From Desulfatiglandales bacterium (GTDB lineage Bacteria; Desulfobacterota; DSM-4660; Desulfatiglandales; Desulfatiglandaceae): a DNA stretch of 64,000 nt. Numbering within the stretch: the stretch's first letter is position 1; each line of letters starts with the position of its first letter. Below are positions 28,252 through 38,022 of this stretch, in pieces. The stretch is taken from assembly GCA_963666345.1 (NCBI GenBank), contig OY762721.1:3360001-3424000 (forward strand), in the 5' to 3' direction. The notes under the pieces are model-generated. The model had not been told where the DNA came from, searched no databases, and saw nothing but the letters and a program-made list of their open reading frames with translations. The position numbers were made by a program, and so were the translations under genes.

Positions 28252-30186
28252 ATGACTGAATCCGGGATAGAGATCAACAAGGACCTCACTATTCCCAAAT
28301 TATTTGCCAAGCAGTGTGAGAAATACGGCAAAGACAAGGTCGCCATGAGGGAAAAGGAGTTTGGAATCTGGATTCCTTTTACCTGGAAAGACTACTACGA
28401 CAATGTGAAATATCTTTGCCTGGGGATGGTCAGCCTCGGCCTGAAGCGCGGAGACAAGGTCTCGATGATAGGGGACAACCGTCCCGAGGGTCTTTGGGCT
28501 GAGATGGCGGCGATGTGCGCCGGAGGCGTAGGCGTCTGGTTATTCCAGGACTGCATGATGGAGGAGGTGAAGTACATTGTCGACCATTCAGACACGAAAT
28601 TTTTCGTGGGTGAGACGCAGGAGGAGGTTGACAAGGCCCTGTCCATAATGGATCAGTGCCCCAAACTTGAATGGATCATCTGGGATGATCCGAAGGGCAT
28701 GCGGAATTATCACCAGGACCATCTCATAAGCATAAAGAAGGTTCAGGAACTTGGAAGGGAAGCTGACAAGAAGGAGCCGGGCCTTTTCGAAGAGATGATA
28801 AGTCTGGGCCATGGGGACGACATATGCCTTCTTTTCTATACATCAGGCACCACCGCCCTGCCGAAGGGGGCCCTTTTGAGCCACTGGAATATGCTCACTA
28901 TGGGTAAGAACCTGATGGCGGTCGACCCCTGCTATGATACCGACGACTTCGTATCGTATCTGCCTTTTGCCTGGATTGGTGAGCAGATGATGTCCATATC
29001 ATGTGGTCTTCAGATCGGATATACCATCAACTTCCCTGAAGAACCCGATACGGCCCAGGAAAATATCAGGGAAATCGGGCCTCATGTCATGTTTGCCCCT
29101 CCCAGGCTCTATGAAGGAATGACAAGAAGCGTCCAGGTAAAGCATATAGATTCCAGCTGGAGTAAGAGGCATCTATATCAATTCGCAACAAAGGTAGGAT
29201 ACAAAGTCGCGAATCTCAAATTTGAAAAAAAGCCTGTCCCGCTGCAGTGGAAGATCCTGAACTGGATAACATACGCCCTTGTGCAGAAGAAACTGAAAGA
29301 TCACCTGGGGATGTCGAGACTAAGGCACTGCTACACGGGAGGGGCTGCAATGGGGCCCGATCATTTCCGCTTCTTCCACGCCCTTGGAGTGAACCTCAAG
29401 CAGATATACGGTCAGACCGAGATAGCGGGTATTTCCATTGTGCACAGGGACGGAGACGTCAAGTTCGATACCGTGGGTACGCCGATTCCGGAAACTGAGA
29501 TCAAGATCACCGAAGAAGGCGAGATCATAGCCAAGAGTCCATCGGTATTCCTGGGGTATTACAAAAATGACGAGGCAACCGCCAAGACCCTGGTGGACGG
29601 CTGGCTATATTCGGGGGACAGGGGTTTTATAGATGAAGAAGGACACCTTGTGGTCTTTGATCGATCAAAGGATGTCATGACACTTAAGGACGGACGGCCC
29701 TTCGCACCTCAGTACCTGGAAACGAGACTCAAATTCAGCCCCTTTATACAGGAGGTATGGGTAATAGGTGACAGGCGGGATTACATAGTATCGGTAATGT
29801 GTATTGATTATTCGGTTGTCGGAAAATGGGCCGACGACAAGAAGCTCAACTATACCAGCTATCATGAACTGTCCCAGAAAACCGAAGTCTACGACCTGGT
29901 TCAAGAACAGATCGAGGAAGCCAATAAGGATCTGCCGGAACCGGCCAAGATCAGAAAATTCGTCAACCTTTACAAGGTGTTTGACGCTGACGACGAAGAG
30001 CTTACCAGAACGAGCAAGCTTAGAAGGGCATTTGTGGAAGAGAGATATAAGGATATAGTCGATGCACTTTATTCCGACACCGGCACGGTGCACATGGATA
30101 CAACGATAACCTATGAAGACGGCAGGGAACAGCGAATAAAGACGGATCTGGGGATACGGGAAATCAAGGTCCAGGGAGGTGATTGA
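28252..30186 (+). CDS. long-chain acyl-CoA synthetase (AMP-forming)
   Basis: YTSGTTALPKG, YGQTE, WLYSGD.G, DRSKD, ELTRTSKLRR. Confidence 0.93.
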   Translation: MTESGIEINKDLTIPKLFAKQCEKYGKDKVAMREKEFGIWIPFTWKDYYDNVKYLCLGMVSLGLKRGDKVSMIGDNRPEGLWAEMAAMCAGGVGVWLFQDCMMEEVKYIVDHSDTKFFVGETQEEVDKALSIMDQCPKLEWIIWDDPKGMRNYHQDHLISIKKVQELGREADKKEPGLFEEMISLGHGDDICLLFYTSGTTALPKGALLSHWNMLTMGKNLMAVDPCYDTDDFVSYLPFAWIGEQMMSISCGLQIGYTINFPEEPDTAQENIREIGPHVMFAPPRLYEGMTRSVQVKHIDSSWSKRHLYQFATKVGYKVANLKFEKKPVPLQWKILNWITYALVQKKLKDHLGMSRLRHCYTGGAAMGPDHFRFFHALGVNLKQIYGQTEIAGISIVHRDGDVKFDTVGTPIPETEIKITEEGEIIAKSPSVFLGYYKNDEATAKTLVDGWLYSGDRGFIDEEGHLVVFDRSKDVMTLKDGRPFAPQYLETRLKFSPFIQEVWVIGDRRDYIVSVMCIDYSVVGKWADDKKLNYTSYHELSQKTEVYDLVQEQIEEANKDLPEPAKIRKFVNLYKVFDADDEELTRTSKLRRAFVEERYKDIVDALYSDTGTVHMDTTITYEDGREQRIKTDLGIREIKVQGGD

Positions 30187-31070
30187 TGGAGCTTTTTTTG
30201 ATGGCTTTGACAACGGGTATTATGGTGGGGGGCATCTACGCCCTGGTGGCCCTCGGCTGGGTGCTCATATACAAGTGCTCCGGCGTTTTGAATCTGGCCA
30301 TGGGTGAGTTGACCATTATCGGCGCCTACGTGACCCTTACCTTCTATCAGATGGGAATACCCTTTATCCTTTCCGTCGTATTTACCCTGATTGTCGGAAT
30401 TGTCCTGGGGTATCTGACGGAACGGATCTTTCTGGACAAGCTTATAGGAGAGCCGATACTGGCCGTCATAATGGTCACCGTGGGGCTTTCCTTCTTCTTC
30501 AAGGGGCTTGTGGAATTCATCTGGGGAACCGACACAAGGGTCTTTGAGCCGGCGGTTTTCCCCCTAAAGCCGATCAGTATAGGCATGTTAAAGATATCGC
30601 CTGTATATCTGTGGTCATTCATACTCTCGATCGTGCTTCTAATTGTGTTCGTATGCTTTTTCAAATACACCAAATGGGGGCTTTCCATGCAGGCCACGGC
30701 CGATGATGAGACTGCGGCCCTGTCGCTGGGGGTAAGCGCTCGTTTTGTGTACGCGGCTGCGTGGGCAATAGCTTTTATGAGCGCGGGAGTAGGCGGTGCG
30801 CTTCTGGGAAATATAAATGGGATAAACATATCAGTAGGATACCTGGGCCTGCTGGTGTTGCCCGCGGTTGTGCTGGGAGGGCTTAATTCGGTTCCCGGTG
30901 CCATAGTGGGGGGGATAATGATAGGCCTGCTTCAGAATTTTTCAGGCACCTATCTTGACGGATATTTCCCGGGCGGTGTCAAGGAAATCGTTCCCTTCGC
31001 CTTTATGGCCGTCTTTCTTCTCTTCAAACCTTACGGCCTATGGGGCTGGGAGCGTATAGAAAGGGTATAG
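30186..31070 (+). CDS. LIV-family ABC permease (LivH-like)
   Basis: YALVALGWVLIY...VLNLAMGE, G.SMQATADD, VVLGGL.S.PGA. Confidence 0.92.
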   Translation: MELFLMALTTGIMVGGIYALVALGWVLIYKCSGVLNLAMGELTIIGAYVTLTFYQMGIPFILSVVFTLIVGIVLGYLTERIFLDKLIGEPILAVIMVTVGLSFFFKGLVEFIWGTDTRVFEPAVFPLKPISIGMLKISPVYLWSFILSIVLLIVFVCFFKYTKWGLSMQATADDETAALSLGVSARFVYAAAWAIAFMSAGVGGALLGNINGINISVGYLGLLVLPAVVLGGLNSVPGAIVGGIMIGLLQNFSGTYLDGYFPGGVKEIVPFAFMAVFLLFKPYGLWGWERIERV

Positions 31071-31238
31071 AGGACGGTTTTCTCTAGGCCGACATGTAAA
31101 ACCCCTGTTTCGGATAAGAACCTTGCCTGGTTGTTCATTAGGGTAAGGGACGTTTCCGGATGAAAACCGGGTAATTTGAATGATTTTTCAAGAGCATAAA
31201 CCTTGATTCAGAAACTATAGATTCGGAGGGGTCGCTTT

Positions 31239-32351
31239 ATGTCCAATGTGTGGTTACCCTGTGGTGATTACCATCAGAACTACGGAGAGGATCAGGGCTG
31301 GTGGCAGACGAAGTTTCTTAAAGGCAAGATGCTTCTCTTATTGCTGGTAGTCTTTGTGCTGATTCCCCTTGCCCCCAAGACCTGGATGTTTGATGTCGTC
31401 GGCGTGAGCAATATGATCGGTTACACGGCAATGGGGGCGCTGGGCGTACAGCTGCTGATCGGATATACCGGCCTCATTACCCTGGGTCACGCAGCATTTA
31501 TAGCCGTGGGATCTTATACGAGCACAATGCTTGTGCTGCAGTTTCCCTGGCCTCAGTTTATAATCGACTGGGGGATTGCCTACCCGATAAGCATCCTTGT
31601 GGCCGGTGTTGTAGCAGGCATCTGGAGTGTGCTTTTCGGACTTCCATCGGCAAAGGTAAAGGGCTTTTACCTTATCCTGACGACCATGGCGGCTCAGTTT
31701 ATCACAGTGGATTTTATCCTTACCCAGTATGTGAGTCAGATCGGCGGGAGGGGACAGGCATTTTCTCTGCCCCCCGGCACAATAAAGATCGGGCCCTGGG
31801 TCATCGACAGCGATATCAAAATATATTACCTGATGGTGGTGCTTCTTACCCTCATGGTCATAATTATGGCCAACCTGCTGCGTTCCAAGCCGGGAAGGGC
31901 GTGGGTCGCCATAAGGGATAACGATATCGCGGCCGAGGCGCTTGGTATAAATATAGTATGGTACAAGTTGCTCGCCTTTTTTGTCGCGGGGTTTATGGCG
32001 GGAGTATGCGGGGCCTTCTGGGTGAGTAATACCGCCGCTTTGAGCCCGGAGCATTTTCCATGGTTCTGGTCTCTATGGTTGGTGGGTGTTATCTTGATCG
32101 GAGGAGTCGGTTCAATTCATGGGGCGATTTTCGGGTCGATATTCATGGTAGTAATCATGGAGCTGTTACAGTTGGCGGTAATTCCCCTTTCCGAGTACTT
32201 TCCCAAGTTGCTTATTGATTTCGCCTACATCAAGGACATGGCCTTTGGTCTGGCAATCTGTGCGTTTCTCATCTATGAGCCTAACGGCATTGCCTACCGC
32301 TGGTGGCAGGCCAAGAATTATTTTAACCTGTGGCCATTTTCCTATAAGTAG
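31239..32351 (+). CDS. LIV-family ABC permease (LivM-like)
   Basis: GYTGLITLGHAAF, GRAWVAIRDN..AAEALG...YKL.AF. Confidence 0.92.
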   Translation: MSNVWLPCGDYHQNYGEDQGWWQTKFLKGKMLLLLLVVFVLIPLAPKTWMFDVVGVSNMIGYTAMGALGVQLLIGYTGLITLGHAAFIAVGSYTSTMLVLQFPWPQFIIDWGIAYPISILVAGVVAGIWSVLFGLPSAKVKGFYLILTTMAAQFITVDFILTQYVSQIGGRGQAFSLPPGTIKIGPWVIDSDIKIYYLMVVLLTLMVIIMANLLRSKPGRAWVAIRDNDIAAEALGINIVWYKLLAFFVAGFMAGVCGAFWVSNTAALSPEHFPWFWSLWLVGVILIGGVGSIHGAIFGSIFMVVIMELLQLAVIPLSEYFPKLLIDFAYIKDMAFGLAICAFLIYEPNGIAYRWWQAKNYFNLWPFSYK

Positions 32352-32444
32352 AAAGGAGGTGAGGAGGGTTCATTTATCTTTCGGATCTTTCGGTTGGAGG
32401 TGGAAGTCAACTTCGTTTTTCATGAGAGCAAAGGGGGAGAACCA

Positions 32445-33689
32445 ATGAAAAAGAGCATTTTTCTGAAGCTTTTATCACTTTTTGCTGTAGTAGCGTTTGT
32501 GGCCTGTTTCCCCGCGATAGGAGCCGCAAAACAGATAAAGGTCGGTGGAATTATGGATACCACCGGTGCTACTTCAGATGTGGGAAAGGATTATGCCATC
32601 GGTATGGCGGAGGCGTTCAAATACATCAATGAGCAGGGTGGAGTGAACGGAAAGAAGGTCAAATATACATGGTTTGACTACGGATACCGTATCCCTGAGG
32701 CCATTACAAAGTACAAACTTGTGAAAAGGCTCAAATGTGTCGCCATCATGGGATGGGGCACAGGTGATACCGAGGCGCTTTCGCCCACCATCAACAAGGA
32801 CAAGATACCTTACGTGTCTGCTTCCTATTCAGCCCATTTGACGGATCCGAAGAAAACTCCTTACAATCTTTTCTTCTCATCTGATTATTCCACCAACGCG
32901 AGGGCCTGCATTACAGCCTGGTTTGACAAAAAATGGCCCAAGCACAAGGATTTCGGGAAGAGGAAGCCTAGGGTTGCATGCTGCTATATGTTTCCGTCTC
33001 CCTATGCCAGTGCCCCCATAAAAGCCATAAAGGACCAGGCAACGCTCCTCGGTTTCGAGGTCGGTGATGATCAGGATGTGTCCCTTTTCGCGCTCGACAC
33101 AAAGAGTCAGGTCATGGCACTCAAGAAGTTTAAACCTGATCTCGTATGGCACGGTAACACCACGATGTCGGTTTCAGCAACAATCAGGGACGCCTATGCG
33201 CTGGAATTGGGTGCCAGTCATATAGTCAATAACTGGGGGATCGACGAAAACCTTCCCCGTCTGGCCGGAGAGGCAGCGGAAGGTGTGATGGGAGCGACTC
33301 CCTGCGCATTTTACGGTCAGGACTACAAGAATATGGATGTCGTTGTCAAGACCGCCAAGAAATACAATCCAGGTATCCCGCAAGAGAAACGGCTCAACAG
33401 GACCATTCAGGCCTGGGGTGACGCTCTTCTTTTATGGGAGGCCATGAAACGGGCCGACAAGGCCGGAGATCTTTCAGGCCCGGGAATCATGAAAAAGGGT
33501 TTTGAGACGATGAGAAATTTTGAAATCGGCCTGGGCGCTTCACCCATCTCTTTTTCAGCCGGGGATCACAGACCGACCACGGGATGCCTCGTGCAGGAGT
33601 GGAAAAACGGCAAATTCCAGGAAGTCGAAAGAGTCAATCTCAAGGAGCGTTGGCCGGATAAGTGGGAAAAAGAATGGCTTGGATGGTAA
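32445..33689 (+). CDS. ABC substrate-binding protein (periplasmic binding protein type 1, LivK-like)
   Basis: Signal peptide from ATG 32445 (MKKSIF...); IKVG...D.TG.TS.VG; INEQGGVNG; GWGTGDT. Confidence 0.9.
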   Translation: MKKSIFLKLLSLFAVVAFVACFPAIGAAKQIKVGGIMDTTGATSDVGKDYAIGMAEAFKYINEQGGVNGKKVKYTWFDYGYRIPEAITKYKLVKRLKCVAIMGWGTGDTEALSPTINKDKIPYVSASYSAHLTDPKKTPYNLFFSSDYSTNARACITAWFDKKWPKHKDFGKRKPRVACCYMFPSPYASAPIKAIKDQATLLGFEVGDDQDVSLFALDTKSQVMALKKFKPDLVWHGNTTMSVSATIRDAYALELGASHIVNNWGIDENLPRLAGEAAEGVMGATPCAFYGQDYKNMDVVVKTAKKYNPGIPQEKRLNRTIQAWGDALLLWEAMKRADKAGDLSGPGIMKKGFETMRNFEIGLGASPISFSAGDHRPTTGCLVQEWKNGKFQEVERVNLKERWPDKWEKEWLGW

Positions 33690-33721
33690 AGAACGCTCAT
33701 TTTCATCCTCGGAGGTAAGTC

Positions 33722-34531
33722 TTGGATAGCTCAGAGTCTATTCTTAAATTGAATAACATAGAGGTCAAGTACCACGAAGTCATCCTGGTACTTAAAGGGG
33801 TGTCGATAGAGGTTCCCAGGGGAGGTATAGCAGCCCTTCTGGGGGCCAACGGCGCCGGCAAAAGCACCACGCTTAAGGCGATTTCAGGCCTTTTAAAGAC
33901 CGAAGACGGTGAGGTCACCGACGGCGCAATCGAGTATGAGGGCCGTCACATTCATCACGCCAAGGCCGCTGATATCGCGAAGATGGGGATAGTGCAGGTT
34001 ATAGAGGGAAGGAGGGTCTTCGAGCATCTTACGGTTGAAGAAAACCTGAAGGTCGGAGCCCACCTCCGCAAAACCGGAACAGTCAAGGAGGGTCTTGAAC
34101 TCGTGTATCACTATTTCCCCCGACTACGCGAAAAAAGAAACGAAGTAGCGGGTTTTGTCAGCGGTGGCGAGCAGCAGATGACCGTGGTCGGAAGGGCGCT
34201 TATGACCGAGCCCAAGCTGGTGCTGCTGGATGAGCCTTCCATGGGACTTGCACCCATGCTTATTCATGAAATCTTTAATATCATAACCAAGCTGAACCGC
34301 GAAGAAAAAATTTCTATCCTCCTGGTTGAACAGAATGCCAAGCTGGCTTTGAATGTGGCCCCCTATGCGTATGTGATGGAGACCGGAAGAATCGTCATGG
34401 ATGATACGGCAGAGACCTTGCGAGAAAACGAAGATATTAAGGATTTTTATCTGGGCCTTGGAGACAAGGGTGGAAAAAAGAGCTTTCGTGAAGTCAAACA
34501 CTATAAGCGAAGAAAAAGGTGGTTGAGTTAG
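33722..34531 (+). CDS. LIV-family ABC transporter ATP-binding protein (LivF-like)
   Basis: GANGAGKST, EGRRVF, SGGEQQM, LDEPSMGLAP, LVEQNA. Confidence 0.93.
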   Translation: MDSSESILKLNNIEVKYHEVILVLKGVSIEVPRGGIAALLGANGAGKSTTLKAISGLLKTEDGEVTDGAIEYEGRHIHHAKAADIAKMGIVQVIEGRRVFEHLTVEENLKVGAHLRKTGTVKEGLELVYHYFPRLREKRNEVAGFVSGGEQQMTVVGRALMTEPKLVLLDEPSMGLAPMLIHEIFNIITKLNREEKISILLVEQNAKLALNVAPYAYVMETGRIVMDDTAETLRENEDIKDFYLGLGDKGGKKSFREVKHYKRRKRWLS

Positions 34532-34623
34532 CAACGAAATCTCGCCATATCGGATTTCAAAACCAATCTTTTTTGCCGGAATATTTTGTTTTGAAGTCCG
34601 AAATCGAAAAGGGAGGTCCTATT

Positions 34624-35223
34624 ATGAGCAAGAAACTGGCCATTCTGACCGTGCTGTTTTTCGGCATGGGCATTATTCTCACATCCTGCGTCGGAATGCA
34701 GGTGAAGCCCACTTCAGACAATTTTAAAACCCCTCAAGTAGCCCTTGACTCCGTGCAATTGTCTTATTATGAGGGCTTTTGGTACTATGGCGGAAAAACC
34801 GAAACCGCTATGGGCAAAGCGCCCAAGGGAGGCGGATCGTCACCCGTAACGCTGGACTTTGTATTTGAAATAACCAATCCCAATGAATATCCCGTAAGCC
34901 TTGATTCTTCACAGTTCTTCCTGTTCTTTGATAATTATGAGCTGCGAGTTGTAAATGATGACAATCAGATGTGGATTCCTGCGGGAAAGACTAATTACAA
35001 GGTCCTTCATGTGACCCTTACCCCATTTTCAACTTATGTCAAGTTCCTGTTGGCAAGCAAGGAACTGGCGTTAAAGAGAGGCGATAAGCCCTGGGATAAG
35101 ATAACACAGTGGTGGACCGGACTCCCGGACATGTCCTTCCCCATTGATTTGAAAGACGGCAATTTCACCTTTTCAGCTGACGGGGTGGTAAAAGTCGTGC
35201 CCGTAAACATTACATATCCCTAA
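34624..35223 (+). CDS. lipoprotein, LEA_2/WHy-like
   Basis: ATG 34624 after GGAGG; lipobox LTSC; F.ITNPNEYPV.L motif. Confidence 0.65.
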   Translation: MSKKLAILTVLFFGMGIILTSCVGMQVKPTSDNFKTPQVALDSVQLSYYEGFWYYGGKTETAMGKAPKGGGSSPVTLDFVFEITNPNEYPVSLDSSQFFLFFDNYELRVVNDDNQMWIPAGKTNYKVLHVTLTPFSTYVKFLLASKELALKRGDKPWDKITQWWTGLPDMSFPIDLKDGNFTFSADGVVKVVPVNITYP

Positions 35224-35276
35224 CTGGACAGAGTCGGGGCCGGTGGGGATTCGCCCGGCCCCGCAAAAAAAAAGGA

Positions 35277-36809
35277 ATGAGAAAAACCATGGGACTGTAT
35301 GATTTCACCTTTTATGATCTTGTGGAGCGTAATGCCTTTTCTTTCGGGAAGCAGGATGCCTGGTTCGATGTAGAAGACGACAGGACTATGAGCTTTTCGC
35401 AGTACAAGCAATCCGTTGACAGACTTGCGAACGGTTTGCGGGCCTCAGGTGTTGGAAAGGGTGATCGAATAGGAGTCCTGGGCAAAAACTGTGCTGAATA
35501 TTTCCTCATATTCGGCGCTGCAGCGGCCCTTGGATCAATCGTTGTTCCGGTGAACTGGAGGCTCTCCGCCGAAGAGGTACAGTTCAATCTGAATGACTGC
35601 GGGTGCAAGGCGGTTTTTGTCGGGGATGAGTATCAGGAGATGGTTAACGGCCTGAAAGGTTGGCTAGGCACGGTTGAAAACTATTTCAACCTGGGCGGAT
35701 CAGGTGGTTCATTCTCCGATTTTGACTCACTCATGCAAAAGGGTGATAATTTCACGCCGGAAGAGGTATCGAGTGACGACGGTTTTGTCATAATCCACAC
35801 CGCGGCCGTGGCGGGTAGACCCAGGGGGGCGCTTCTAAGCCATGGAAACGTGCTTTGCGCTGACACGCATTTTGATTATTTTTTCTCACTTACCAGCGAG
35901 GATGTACATCTGAGTTTCCTGCCCCTTTTTCATGTAGGCGGGCTTTTCATGTCCACGGCAAGTTTCCATGCGGGTGCTCTCAACGTTAATGTAACCAAGT
36001 TTGATGCTGAAAAGGCGGTTCAACTGATTGAGGAAAAGAGGATATCGTTTATGATGGATTTCTCACCCATCCTTTCCTCGATACTTGAGGCGCATGAAAA
36101 AAGCGGCAAAGATATCTGTTCTCTCAGGGCCGTTACTGGCCTTGAGACCCCTGAGACCATCGAGAAGTATCAGGAGGTCACGGGAGGTGTTTTCTGGTCC
36201 ATGTACGGACAGACAGAGACCTCATGCCTTGCCTCCTTCAGCCGATATAACGATAGACCCGGTTCGGCCGGAAGGATGCTTCCGCTCGCGCAGGTGAGAC
36301 TTTTCGATGATTATGATAAACCGGTGGAGATGGGACAGGTCGGGGAGATCTGTATGAAAGGTCCGATGGTCTTCAAGGGCTATTGGAACCTGGAAGAAGA
36401 CACCTCTCACACCTTTCGTGAAGGATGGCACCATACGGGTGACATGGGCAGGTTCGACGAGGACGGATTCCTCTGGTATGCAGGAAGAAAAGCAGAAAAG
36501 GAATTGATCAAGCCCGGTGGAGAAAACGTCTATCCCGCAGAGGTTGAAAAGGTCATACTGAAACACCCGGCAGTTGAGCAGACCGTGGTTTTCGGAGTGC
36601 CTGACCCCAAGTGGAAAGAGGGTATAAAGGCGGTGTGTGTTCTGAAGGAGGGGGAAAAACTGGAGGCAAAGGAGCTGATGGACTTTGTCGGGGAGAGGAT
36701 CGCAAGATTTAAAAGGCCTCAATATGTTGAATTCGTGGAAAAACTCCCTCTTCTTGAAGACGGCGGCGTGGACAGGGCCAAGATCAAGGAGATTTACGGG
36801 CAGTCCTAG
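35277..36809 (+). CDS. AMP-binding (acyl-CoA synthetase-fold) protein with degenerate motifs
   Basis: YGQTE, WHHTGD and GGENVYP are present. The P-loop reads HTAAVAGRPRG, and the C-terminal Lys motif reads LPLLEDGGVDR. Confidence 0.88.
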   Translation: MRKTMGLYDFTFYDLVERNAFSFGKQDAWFDVEDDRTMSFSQYKQSVDRLANGLRASGVGKGDRIGVLGKNCAEYFLIFGAAAALGSIVVPVNWRLSAEEVQFNLNDCGCKAVFVGDEYQEMVNGLKGWLGTVENYFNLGGSGGSFSDFDSLMQKGDNFTPEEVSSDDGFVIIHTAAVAGRPRGALLSHGNVLCADTHFDYFFSLTSEDVHLSFLPLFHVGGLFMSTASFHAGALNVNVTKFDAEKAVQLIEEKRISFMMDFSPILSSILEAHEKSGKDICSLRAVTGLETPETIEKYQEVTGGVFWSMYGQTETSCLASFSRYNDRPGSAGRMLPLAQVRLFDDYDKPVEMGQVGEICMKGPMVFKGYWNLEEDTSHTFREGWHHTGDMGRFDEDGFLWYAGRKAEKELIKPGGENVYPAEVEKVILKHPAVEQTVVFGVPDPKWKEGIKAVCVLKEGEKLEAKELMDFVGERIARFKRPQYVEFVEKLPLLEDGGVDRAKIKEIYGQS

Positions 36810-36831
36810 CATATAGATCCTACTTTTACAG

Positions 36832-36864
36832 AAAAAAGCCCCTTAACTTAAAGGGGCTTTTTTT
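36832..36864. terminator. bidirectional intrinsic terminator
   Basis: AAAAAAGCCCCTT-loop-AAGGGGCTTTTTTT just after the operon. Confidence 0.85.
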
Positions 36865-36880
36865 GCAGACCTACGCTGCG

Positions 36881-36997
36881 GCCCCGGCACCTGCGGTCGT
36901 GCGTAAGGCAGGCAGAGGTATGGGAAAAAGGGTGGAGGTTTTATTCCTTTCCCGCATTTCACGCCTTTCCCTCCCAATTATAACCAATAACAAATAA
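36881..36997 (+). repeat. dispersed intergenic repeat, copy B
   Basis: Co-linear similarity to 16668-16780, including the exact blocks GTAAGGCAGGCAGAGGTAT and CCTTTCCCGCATTTC. Confidence 0.7.
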
Positions 36998-37250
36998 GAC
37001 AGACCCTGTTTTTAGCCTGTTCAAAGATCCGGCGGTCTTAAATATTGACAAGAGGGTGGGCAGGAGAATAGATGTGAGATGGTTGCTTTCCCGATATTAC
37101 GCCAATGATATCGTATAATGCCAATATGCCGGGGTGAACGGGTTTTTTTGAAAGTCGGGAAAGATATCGATTCTCTGTGAACCATACACACTCAAGTCTC
37201 CCTTAAGGGCCTGAAGCTGTGGAAAGGATGAAAGGATATCAGAGCCAGGC

Positions 37251-38000
37251 ATGGAACCAACAATTTCCCCCGCGATAATCATGCGAACCAGAGAACTTGG
37301 AGAAAGCGATCTCCTTGTGAACTTTTTTACCAGGGACATGGGGCTGCTAAGGGGTATTGCCAAGGGGGCCAAAAGGAGCAAACACAGGTTTTCCAATTGC
37401 CTGGATCTGTTCTGCCTTGCCAGTGTCGAATATGGGAAGAAGAGGGTGCAGAATCTCTATATGCTCAATTCCTGCAAATTGATAGACTCATTTTTCGGCC
37501 TCAGATCCGATTTTTCCGCCCTTTGTCTTGCAAGTTACATGGTAGAGCTGACCGAGGTCCTGTTTCCCGCCCAGATCTCGGAGAGCAGGATCTTTGACCT
37601 GCTGAAGGATTCTCTTTCGGCCCTTGACAGGGGTGTGGAGCCGGGGAGGCTGAGACTGTTTTTCGAGGCGAGGGCAATGGCCCTGGGTGGATATGAAATA
37701 GAACTATCCAAATGCTGTGACTGCGGTAGATCTTACAGGGGCGAGGGAAGGGCGGTCATTAACAGGGAAAAAGGGGGGCTGTCATGCCTGGGGTGCAGGA
37801 AAGAATCGGTTTCATTTCCAGGTATGGACCCTTCAAGTGTAAAGATACTGAAGACCCTCGCATGTAACGGCGAAGGCCTTCCGGATCTGGAGGCTTTAAG
37901 CTCCGAAAACACAAAGGAGATAGCGTGTGCACTCAGGATCCATATCGACTACTGGCTGGGAAGGAGATTAAAAACCTCCCGTTACATGGATGAGTTCTGA
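37251..38000 (+). CDS. recO: DNA repair protein RecO
   Basis: GESD.LV.FFTRD.G..RGIAKGAKRS..RF; Zn motifs CCDC...CLGC; LKTS at the C-terminus. Confidence 0.9.
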   Translation: MEPTISPAIIMRTRELGESDLLVNFFTRDMGLLRGIAKGAKRSKHRFSNCLDLFCLASVEYGKKRVQNLYMLNSCKLIDSFFGLRSDFSALCLASYMVELTEVLFPAQISESRIFDLLKDSLSALDRGVEPGRLRLFFEARAMALGGYEIELSKCCDCGRSYRGEGRAVINREKGGLSCLGCRKESVSFPGMDPSSVKILKTLACNGEGLPDLEALSSENTKEIACALRIHIDYWLGRRLKTSRYMDEF

Positions 38001-38022
38001 AGACAGGAGATAAACCTTGCCG

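Noticed and set aside
35234..35273. GC-rich hairpin before the second acyl-CoA synthetase as a terminator
   Set aside because: It is followed by an A-run on the sense strand, with no downstream U-tract in either direction
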